Shown: positions 56,494 to 64,000 of the stretch, one piece after another
Position numbering within the stretch: the first letter of the stretch is position 1
Layout of the letters: every line of letters begins with the position of its first letter
NCBI GenBank assembly: GCA_963664225.1
Contig: OY760937.1
Coordinates: 4,768,001 to 4,832,000 of the forward strand
Direction of reading: 5' to 3'
DNA: 64,000 bases
DNA from: Verrucomicrobiia bacterium
GTDB taxonomy: Bacteria > Verrucomicrobiota > Verrucomicrobiia > Limisphaerales > UBA1319
Position numbers and translations under genes: made by a program
Notes under the pieces: generated by a model
The model's input: only the letters and a program-made list of their open reading frames with translations
Told to the model about the DNA's origin: nothing
Database searches by the model: none

Positions 56494-58565
56494 ACGGCTT
56501 TGAATTTTCCAAGGGCGGCAAGGACACGAGCGGGGGTGATTGGGAGATGGGAAACGCGAACGCCGATGGCGTTGGCCACGGCATTGGCAATGGCGGCGGC
56601 GGTGGGAATGGTGACAGGTTCTCCAACTCCGATGACGCCACGCTCCGGCATATCGAGCAGCACGATGTCGATTTCGGGAACATCGGCGATGCCTGAGAGC
56701 TTGTAAGTTTCGAAATTGGGATTAAGGACCACCCCGCTTTCACGGTCCATGATCCGCTCTTCGAACAACGCATAACCCATGCCCATGATGATGCCTCCAT
56801 TGACCTGGCTTTCGCAGGTCAGGGGGCTGATCACAAGGCCGCAATCCTGAATGCAGGTCACTTTCTTGACACGCACCACGCCGGTTTCCGTATCCACCTC
56901 GACTTCGGCAAATTGAACGCCGCCGACGCCGTTGGAAGAAAGGCCCTGACGCCACTCGCCGGAAACCACGAGCGGGTTGACTCCGAGTTTTTTGCAGGCT
57001 TCGAGCCAATGCGAACCGCGGGCATCCGGAATGCCGGTTTTGGTTTGAAGCTCTTCAAGGGCGCGGGAGCAGGTGTCCAAAATGGCCGGGGAGACTGAGG
57101 CGCAGGTGGTGCTGCCGCCGCTGCCGCCGGAGGGCGGATAACGGGTGTCGCCGATTCTTGCGGTGATTTGTTCTGGGGACAGTTGAAAAATTTCGGCCGC
57201 GATCACGGAAATCACGGTTTTTGTGCCGGTGCCCAAGTCCTGTGTTCCGCAGCGGATTTCGACGCTTCCATCGGGATTGATTTGGGCCTCGGCCTTGGTG
57301 CCGCCGCCGCCGCCGCCCCAACTGGCTCCGGCGCAGCCAATGCCTGTTTTGATGACACCGGGGGAGCTGCCCGGCTTTTTGTATTTTTCCTTCCAATCGC
57401 AGCGTTCGCGGCCCATTTCGTATTCGCGTCGGCGGGTGGGGGAAGGATCATTCTTGATTCGAAACTCGACGGGGTCAATGCCCAACTTGACAGCGAGATC
57501 GTCCATCATGGACTCCATGCCGAAGGAGGCTTGGGGATGTCCCGGGGCGCGAAAGGCCCTGGCGGAACCGGCATTGACGGCCACGCCACTGTGTTGAACT
57601 CGGGTATTGGGGACCGTGTAAATGTACGGAGCAGGGAATTCAGCGCCACCTCCGCCTCCCTCTGTGGAACCGCCGCTACCGATTCCCGGAGTGCCGTAAG
57701 CTTCGAGTTGGTAGGCAGTTAGTTTGCCATCTGCCGATGCGGCCAGTTTAACATGTTGAAAACTTGAGGGCCGGTTTCCGGCGGCAAGGGCTTCATCGAA
57801 ACGGGTGAGCATGATCCTGACGGGCGCTCCGGCCATTTTCGAGAGATTGGCTGCCAGCGAACCTTCCACGCCAGGTCCGAACTTGGCTCCGAAACCGCCT
57901 CCCATGAATTCACTGATCACCTGAACCTTGCTTTGATCCACTTTGAGATTGCCGGCCAGACCTTCGCGGACGCTGAAAATCCCCTGGGTCGAGGCCCAGG
58001 CGGTGACTCCCTCATCGGTCCAGGAAACCGTGTTGCCGTGGGTTTCCAAAGCGTGATGCAATTGAACCGGTGTGCTCAGGAAATTTTCAACCACGGCTGC
58101 CGCTAGCGAGAAAGCCTTGTCGGGATCACCTCTCTCATTCACCCTTGGTTTGGAGAGATTGGGGGAATTCTCCCAAACTGCCGTCGAATCGTTTTTTCTG
58201 GCGTCCTCCTCCCGTACGACAAAAGGCAGGGGGGTGGCTGTGACCTCGATGACTCGCAGCGCGTCGAGACACGCCTGTTTGGTCAGGCCGGCCACGGCGG
58301 CAAGTTCCTCGCCATAATAACGCACTGTGCGGGAACCTTCGCGAACAGCCATGGCGGCCTTGATCCCGGGTACCTGGAGGGCCTTGCCCAGGTCAATGCT
58401 GGTCACTTTTGCAGCAGGCCATTTGCTGCGCAGGATCATGCCGTAGAGCCAGCCTTTGGGCTGAACGTCAGAAGTGTATTTGGCGGCACCGGTGACCTTG
58501 GCGCGACCGTCCACGCGCAGGGTGCGCTTGCCGATTTGGGTGGGTTTATCAGGCCAGGCTGGCAT
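56490..58565 (-). CDS. Xanthine dehydrogenase-family molybdopterin subunit (PaoC/YagR-like)
   Basis: KVTGAAKY, STQG, GGGFGAK, AFRAPG, QDLGTG, GGS, SQVNGG and GVGEP (catalytic Glu). Confidence 0.93.
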   Translation of the reverse strand: MPAWPDKPTQIGKRTLRVDGRAKVTGAAKYTSDVQPKGWLYGMILRSKWPAAKVTSIDLGKALQVPGIKAAMAVREGSRTVRYYGEELAAVAGLTKQACLDALRVIEVTATPLPFVVREEDARKNDSTAVWENSPNLSKPRVNERGDPDKAFSLAAAVVENFLSTPVQLHHALETHGNTVSWTDEGVTAWASTQGIFSVREGLAGNLKVDQSKVQVISEFMGGGFGAKFGPGVEGSLAANLSKMAGAPVRIMLTRFDEALAAGNRPSSFQHVKLAASADGKLTAYQLEAYGTPGIGSGGSTEGGGGGAEFPAPYIYTVPNTRVQHSGVAVNAGSARAFRAPGHPQASFGMESMMDDLAVKLGIDPVEFRIKNDPSPTRRREYEMGRERCDWKEKYKKPGSSPGVIKTGIGCAGASWGGGGGGTKAEAQINPDGSVEIRCGTQDLGTGTKTVISVIAAEIFQLSPEQITARIGDTRYPPSGGSGGSTTCASVSPAILDTCSRALEELQTKTGIPDARGSHWLEACKKLGVNPLVVSGEWRQGLSSNGVGGVQFAEVEVDTETGVVRVKKVTCIQDCGLVISPLTCESQVNGGIIMGMGYALFEERIMDRESGVVLNPNFETYKLSGIADVPEIDIVLLDMPERGVIGVGEPVTIPTAAAIANAVANAIGVRVSHLPITPARVLAALGKFKAV

Positions 58566-59217
58566 AGGGAATTACCTCAATATTACTGGTTACGGTCGCG
58601 CCGGACGCTTTTAAAACGGCTTTGATAATGCGGGGCTGGGTGCCGCATCGACAGATGTTTCCAGCGCAGGCGTGTTGTATGTCCTGGGCCGTTGGATGGG
58701 GATTGAATTTCAAAAGGGCGGTTGCGCTCATGATAAAGCCCGGAGTGCAGTAACCGCACATGAGGGCGTCCTGTTCCAGGAAAGCCTCTTGAACATTGTT
58801 GAGTTTACCCTCCGGACTCAGGCCTTCGACAGTGGTGATCGGCTGGCTCTGGGCTTCGATGGCCAGTTTCATGCAAGCGTAAACGGGCTGGCCATCCAAC
58901 CAGACGGTGCAGGCCCCGCAGGTGCCGCGGTCGCAAACCTCTTTTGGGCCGGTAATGGATAGATTATTACGCAGGACATCGAGCAGGGTGACGCGTGGTT
59001 CGACCTCAAGATGAAACTCTTTGCCGTTGACCTTCAGGGAGATGGGGACAGCGCCAGGACCAAGGATTTTTTCCGAGCGTGTCTGCTCCAATTGTTCTGC
59101 CATGTTTTGAGCCTGGGTCGCAGCAGTGGCCACCGCGGTGGTGCCCAGACTCTTGAGGAAATTGCGCCGGGTAAGACTCGTTCCAGGCGCATCCGGTGGT
59201 GGTTTGTTCATCGACAA
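58549..59217 (-). CDS. Xanthine dehydrogenase-family 2x[2Fe-2S] subunit with Tat signal (PaoA/YagT-like)
   Basis: TRRNFLK, CDRGTCGACT, CGYCTPG and GNICRC. Confidence 0.93.
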   Translation of the reverse strand: MSMNKPPPDAPGTSLTRRNFLKSLGTTAVATAATQAQNMAEQLEQTRSEKILGPGAVPISLKVNGKEFHLEVEPRVTLLDVLRNNLSITGPKEVCDRGTCGACTVWLDGQPVYACMKLAIEAQSQPITTVEGLSPEGKLNNVQEAFLEQDALMCGYCTPGFIMSATALLKFNPHPTAQDIQHACAGNICRCGTQPRIIKAVLKASGATVTSNIEVIPYASLA

Positions 59218-59435
59218 TTATTTTCCATTCACTTTGATTGGACTCCGCCCCAAGGACGACCCGCGTGATCACCCGCCCCAGCTAATCATGGTAATTAAAG
59301 TAATTCATGCCCCGGGTTATGCAAAAAATATTTGGGCGGGAACATGCCACGGAAGCGCGGTGGATGCCGGGGAGTGCAGATGAGGACAGATGTCGGAGAA
59401 ATCGTATCCGGCTCTGAACGCAGAATTTCCGCGTG

Positions 59436-60413
59436 TCAGGCCAGCGCGGCGAGTTCGGAGCGGGTCATTTCGATGATCATATCATCGAAGGAAATGACCG
59501 GTTTCCAGGCCAGGATATCTCTTGCCTTGGAGGCGTTGCCCGCCAGGTTGGACGGTTCGGAGACGCGCACGAATCGCGGATCCAGCCGGACGTGATTCTG
59601 CCAGTCCAGACCGACTGTGGCGAAGGCGCGGTCGACAACGTCCTGCACCGAATGGAGCTGGCCGGTGGCAAAGACATAATCCCCGGGCTGGTCATGCTCC
59701 AGGGCAAGCAACATGCCGCGAACGTAATCGCGGGCATGGCCCCAGTCACGCCGGGCCGAGGTGTCCCCCAGCGGAAGTTCCTTTTGAAGGCCCAGTTTGA
59801 TGGCGGCTGCGGCGTGGCAGATTTTGCGGGTGACGAAGTTTTCGCCCCTTCGCGGGGATTCGTGGTTGAACATGATCCCGTTGCAGGCGAAAAGGCCAAA
59901 GGCCTTGCGATAGACCCCGACCATCTGTGTGGCGAAGGCTTTGGCGCAGCCATAGGGATTGACCGGCGCGCACGGGGTGTTTTCGTCCTGGGGACAAATG
60001 ACCGGCTGTCCAAATATTTCGCTGGAGGAGGCATGGAAAAGCCGGGCCGGCTTGGGCAGGTCGCGAATGATTTCGAGCAGGCGCAAGGTGCCCATCGCGG
60101 TCGTTTCGCAGGTGGACTCGGGTATTTCAAAGCTCAATCCGACATGGCTCTGACCGGCGAGGTGATAAATCTGGTCGGGCGCCACCTTGAGCAGGACGCG
60201 GCGCAACGTGGTGGGGTCGTCCAGATCGGCGTAATGGAGGAAAAGCCGGCGCCCGTAAATGGCGGGATCGGAGAAAAGATGATCCAGGCGGGATCGATCC
60301 AGCGAACTGGTCCGCCGGACCAATCCATGAACCTCAATATCCCGGGCCAGCAGCAGTTCGCACAGGTAGGAACCGTCCTGACCGGTGATGCCGGTGATCA
60401 AGGCGCGGGGCAT
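59436..60413 (-). CDS. gmd: GDP-mannose 4,6-dehydratase paralog
   Basis: [40 protein letters not shown] and RDWGHA. Confidence 0.85.
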   Translation of the reverse strand: MPRALITGITGQDGSYLCELLLARDIEVHGLVRRTSSLDRSRLDHLFSDPAIYGRRLFLHYADLDDPTTLRRVLLKVAPDQIYHLAGQSHVGLSFEIPESTCETTAMGTLRLLEIIRDLPKPARLFHASSSEIFGQPVICPQDENTPCAPVNPYGCAKAFATQMVGVYRKAFGLFACNGIMFNHESPRRGENFVTRKICHAAAAIKLGLQKELPLGDTSARRDWGHARDYVRGMLLALEHDQPGDYVFATGQLHSVQDVVDRAFATVGLDWQNHVRLDPRFVRVSEPSNLAGNASKARDILAWKPVISFDDMIIEMTRSELAALA

Positions 60414-60417
60414 TGGA

Positions 60418-61431
60418 TTAGTGGCTGGGTTTGACTTTGCCCGCGAGTTGGTCGCTCAAGGCTTCCACATCCGCATCAACCATGATTTTGACCAGATCGG
60501 CGAATTTGGTTTTGGGCTCCCAGCCCAGTTTGGTCCTGGCCTTGGAGTAATCGCCGATCAGCAGATCCACCTCTGCGGGGCGGTAGTAGCGTTCGTCAAT
60601 GACGACATGCTTTTGCCAATCCAGGCCCGCATGACCAAAGGCGCACTCGAGGAACTCGCGCACGGAATGGGTTTCATTGGTCGCGATGACGTAATCATCA
60701 GGCTGGTCCTGCTGGAGGATGAGCCACATGGCTTCGACATATTCCTTGGCAAAGCCCCAATCGCGTTTGGCGTCGAGATTGCCCAGGAAAAGTTTGTCCT
60801 GAAGTCCCGCTTTGATGAGGGCGACGGCGCGCGTGATTTTGCGGGTCACAAAGGTCTCGCCCCGGCGTGGGGATTCGTGGTTGAAAAGGATCCCATTACT
60901 CGCGTGCATGCCGTAGGACTCACGATAGTTGACGGTAATCCAGTAGGCGTAAGTCTTGGCGCAGGCATAGGGGCTGCGCGGGTAGAAGGGGGTGGTCTCG
61001 GTCTGGGGCACTTCGCGGACCTTGCCATACATTTCGCTGGATGAGGCCTGGTAGAAACGAGGTCGGATGCCGGTTTCGCGAATGGCCTCAAGGAGGCGGA
61101 TGACTCCCGTGGCGGTGATGTCGGTGGTGTATTCGGGGCTGTCAAAGCTCACGCGCACATGGCTTTGAGCCGCGAGATTGTAAACTTCTTCGGGCTGGAT
61201 GCGGCCAATCAGACGGGAGAGGCCGCTTGCGTCGCTCAGATCACCATAGTGGAGGAACAGGCGGCTTTTGGAGGAGTGGGGATCCGCATAAATCGCGTCC
61301 AGGCGTCCGGTGTTAAAGGTGCTGGCACGGCGGATAATGCCATGCACTTCGTAGCCTTTTGAAAGCAATAATTCCGCCAGGTAGGAGCCATCCTGGCCGG
61401 TGATGCCGGTGATTAGAGCCTTTTTTGACAT
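60418..61431 (-). CDS. gmd: GDP-mannose 4,6-dehydratase
   Basis: [36 protein letters not shown] and [17 protein letters not shown]. Confidence 0.96.
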   Translation of the reverse strand: MSKKALITGITGQDGSYLAELLLSKGYEVHGIIRRASTFNTGRLDAIYADPHSSKSRLFLHYGDLSDASGLSRLIGRIQPEEVYNLAAQSHVRVSFDSPEYTTDITATGVIRLLEAIRETGIRPRFYQASSSEMYGKVREVPQTETTPFYPRSPYACAKTYAYWITVNYRESYGMHASNGILFNHESPRRGETFVTRKITRAVALIKAGLQDKLFLGNLDAKRDWGFAKEYVEAMWLILQQDQPDDYVIATNETHSVREFLECAFGHAGLDWQKHVVIDERYYRPAEVDLLIGDYSKARTKLGWEPKTKFADLVKIMVDADVEALSDQLAGKVKPSH

Positions 61432-61661
61432 AATCGTTTTGTGTAAAATGACGCCCGCCTTTGCGGTCAGGCCAACATGAGCATGACCTTAAATCATGGC
61501 AAAAGGCGAGATGATTTTTGTTTGATTTGAGGTTTTTCGCATGCTTGCGCATCGGATCGGTCTTTTCAGGATTCTCCCGCGTTCTTTCAATGGCGGATTT
61601 GGTGTTCTTGGGACGGCACATTATCATTGCAATCAGGCTCCGGTCCTGTTCAATGCCATGC

Positions 61662-62396
61662 ATGACGATGAACCAATCCAATTTCAAGGCCTGTCTGGCG
61701 CGCGCGACCGGCGTGGTTTTGATTCTTGCGTGCGCTGGATTTGCGGCGTTGGCGGCGGATAAGGCCAGGGAGCCTCAGGAGGTCGATCCCGGCGCCGCAG
61801 GTGGAGCCCCGTCCGACGCAGTGGTGCTTTTCGACGGCAAGGATCTTTCCAAATGGCGCGGTGAAAAGGGCGGCGAGGCACGGTGGGAGGTGGCCGGAGG
61901 CTGCGCCACGGTCAACGGCACCGGCAGTCTTTTTACAAAGGAAGTATTCGGGGATGTGCAATTGCATCTGGAATGGGCCTCGCCGCAAAAGGTTGAGGGA
62001 GAAGGCCAGGGCCGCGGGAACAGCGGGGTGTATTTCCAGGGCCGGTATGAAATTCAGGTGCTCGATTGCTACCATAACAAAACCTATTTCGACGGTATGA
62101 CCGGGGCGTTCTACAGTAACTTTGCCCCTTTGGTGAATGCCTGCCGCAAGCCGGGAGAGTGGCAGTCTTACGACATTGTCTTTCACGCGCCAAGGCCGGC
62201 TGCGGATGGCAAAAGCGTGGAACCGGGTTCCCTCACGGTGTTTCTGAACGGGATTCTGGTGCAGGACCATGTCCCGGTCAAAGGCTCCACCACGTCGGCC
62301 GCCTTTACAGGCGCGGTGGTCAAAGGCCCTTTGATGCTCCAGGACCATGGCAATCCAGTGCGTTACCGCAACATCTGGCTGCGCCCTTTGAACTAA
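61662..62396 (+). CDS. DUF1080 (3-keto-disaccharide hydrolase-like) exported protein
   Basis: Signal peptide; PSDAVVLFDGKDL, GNSGVY, YEIQVLD, WQSYDI and LQDHGNPVRYRNIW. Confidence 0.9.
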   Translation: MTMNQSNFKACLARATGVVLILACAGFAALAADKAREPQEVDPGAAGGAPSDAVVLFDGKDLSKWRGEKGGEARWEVAGGCATVNGTGSLFTKEVFGDVQLHLEWASPQKVEGEGQGRGNSGVYFQGRYEIQVLDCYHNKTYFDGMTGAFYSNFAPLVNACRKPGEWQSYDIVFHAPRPAADGKSVEPGSLTVFLNGILVQDHVPVKGSTTSAAFTGAVVKGPLMLQDHGNPVRYRNIWLRPLN

Positions 62397-62473
62397 CCCC
62401 AGTCGCTCAATGGAACGGGCGCCTGACGACCATCGTTTTCCAAAATCAATTCTGAATATTAATCAATCCACAC

Positions 62474-62803
62474 ATGTCCAAACTACCTGAGAAGTTCGAA
62501 GCTGTTTCCGTTGTTACCAAGGCCAATGTTTATTTTGACGGTAAAGTGGTGAGCCACACGGTCCTGTTCAAAGATGGCGCGAAGAAGACCTTGGGACTTA
62601 TCTATCCGGGTAAATACCATTTTGGGACCGAAGCGTCGGAGCGGATGGAGTTGGTCGCCGGAGATTGCGTTATCCAAATTGACGGACAACAGACCAAGGC
62701 TTCGTTCGGAGCGGGTCAGGCCTTTGAGGTGCCCGCCCATTCGGGTTTCGATATTGAGGTGCGCCAGGGTATTTGCGAGTATATTTGCTCCTATCTTCCT
62801 TAG
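62474..62803 (+). CDS. ppnP: Pyrimidine/purine nucleoside phosphorylase
   Basis: ANVYFDGKVVS, KTLG...PGKYHFGT...E.ME and YICSY. Confidence 0.92.
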   Translation: MSKLPEKFEAVSVVTKANVYFDGKVVSHTVLFKDGAKKTLGLIYPGKYHFGTEASERMELVAGDCVIQIDGQQTKASFGAGQAFEVPAHSGFDIEVRQGICEYICSYLP

Positions 62804-62913
62804 CCGCAGGTTTATGCTTTGGTGAGGGAATTGTTTTCGGGGCGGGTGACCTTTTATCTTGAGCGTAAATTTTAAAAATGTAATAATTGAATGTAAGGAC
62901 CACCGTTTCCCAA

Positions 62914-63999
62914 ATGCATAAAATATTGGTTATCGACGACGAAGCGCCATTGCGCCAGCTCATATTGGCGGCGTTGCGGACCAAAGGTTTTACGGGCTTG
63001 GAGGCGGAAAACGGCCAGGTGGGTGTCGATATGGCTCGAAACCACCTTCCCGATCTGGTTTTATGCGATGTGATGATGCCGTGCATGGACGGTTATGCAA
63101 CCGTGGCGGCACTGCGCCGCGAACCCACCACGACGGCGATTCCCATTGTGTTGATGACCGGGCGGCCTGACAACGCGGGAATGCGCCAGGGTATGAACAT
63201 GGGCGCGGACGATTACCTCCCCAAGCCGTTCAGCATAGAGGAGCTTCTGGCCACCGTCGAGGCCCGGATCAAGATGCAGCAGGCCATCAGGCAGGAGGCG
63301 GAAAAGAAGCTTTCTGAACTCAGGACCAACATCAGCCTGGCCATGCCGCATGAATTATTCACCCCGCTAAGCGGGATCATAGGCTTTGCAGACCTTCTTA
63401 CCGGGGATACTACAGGAATGCAGCCCGAGGAAATCTCCGAAATTGGACGGGCCATCGCGACATCCGCCGAGCGCCTGCACCGGGTGATCGAAAATTATTT
63501 GATTTACGCCCAGATCGAGATTCTTGCCGCGGACATGGAAAGAGTGGCCCAACTCAAGGAAGGACTGACGACGAACGCCAGGGAAATCATCCATTTGGAG
63601 GCCACCACACTGGCCACCAAAACCGAACGGGCGGCGGATTTGCAGGTGGAGATTGAGGAGGGTTCCGTGGCCATGCTCGACGAGTATTTGCGCAAGGTCA
63701 TCGGTGAGGTGACCGGCAACGCCTTTAAGTTTTCAGAACCGGGCACCCCGGTCGTGGTGCGTGGCAGTGTGACACGCGACGGCTATGCCGTTTCAATCGA
63801 AGATCAGGGGCGGGGGATGTCCGCCGGACAAATCGCGCGCACTGGCGCCTACATGCAGTTCGAGCGCAAAGTTTACGAACAACAAGGCTCAGGCCTGGGT
63901 TTGGTGATCGCGCGGCGTTTAATGGAAATTCACGGCGGCACTTTGTCCATCGCAAGCGAGCCAGGCACGGGAACGACCGTGACCGTGCGCTTCCCAGGC
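62914..63999 (+). CDS. Hybrid response regulator-histidine kinase (REC-HisKA-HATPase), 3' end outside the window
   Basis: Hand translation: MHKILVIDDE...LCDVMMP...KPF; H-box PHELFTPL; GNAFKF, DQGRGM and GSGLGL. Confidence 0.9.
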   Translation, partial: MHKILVIDDEAPLRQLILAALRTKGFTGLEAENGQVGVDMARNHLPDLVLCDVMMPCMDGYATVAALRREPTTTAIPIVLMTGRPDNAGMRQGMNMGADDYLPKPFSIEELLATVEARIKMQQAIRQEAEKKLSELRTNISLAMPHELFTPLSGIIGFADLLTGDTTGMQPEEISEIGRAIATSAERLHRVIENYLIYAQIEILAADMERVAQLKEGLTTNAREIIHLEATTLATKTERAADLQVEIEEGSVAMLDEYLRKVIGEVTGNAFKFSEPGTPVVVRGSVTRDGYAVSIEDQGRGMSAGQIARTGAYMQFERKVYEQQGSGLGLVIARRLMEIHGGTLSIASEPGTGTTVTVRFPG

Positions 64000-64000
64000 A

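Overview
GC-rich bacterial chromosomal window. The gene content and protein style (MoxR-DUF58-BatA cluster, DUF1080, Tat-exported Gfo/Idh/MocA proteins, exosortase-EpsI) point to the PVC superphylum, probably Verrucomicrobia; this is inference. Left to right: a MoxR/DUF58/BatA-vWA/DUF4159/TPR-peptidase operon; GH78 and GH36-like glycosidases; tRNA-Asn(GTT); an eight-gene operon joining an ABC transporter (two permeases, an ATPase and a PilG/XapA-like protein) with three SPFH (HflK/HflC) proteins and a His-rich P1B-ATPase with atypical metal ligands; pmtA-like, SYLF, CII-like and ispA genes; an exosortase-EpsI-sugar transferase cluster; pdxJ-acpS; DICT-GST; a divergent plsY beside an N-acyltransferase/class V aminotransferase fusion; lpxA; radC; a hybOABC-hybD [NiFe]-hydrogenase operon followed by an orphan GltD-like gene; der; eda; paaK-like; a PaoABC-type molybdoenzyme with a small Cys-rich fourth gene; tandem gmd paralogs; DUF1080; ppnP; and a partial hybrid histidine kinase. 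I saw no CRISPR array, integrase or transposase. Two apparent 1-bp deletions (about 1300 and about 24826) are probably sequencing errors. The best candidates for undescribed systems are the SPFH/P1B-ATPase/ABC operon (13650-24910) and the PlsY plus acyltransferase-aminotransferase lipid pathway (37093-39394). All family calls come from motif recognition by eye; no searches were run.
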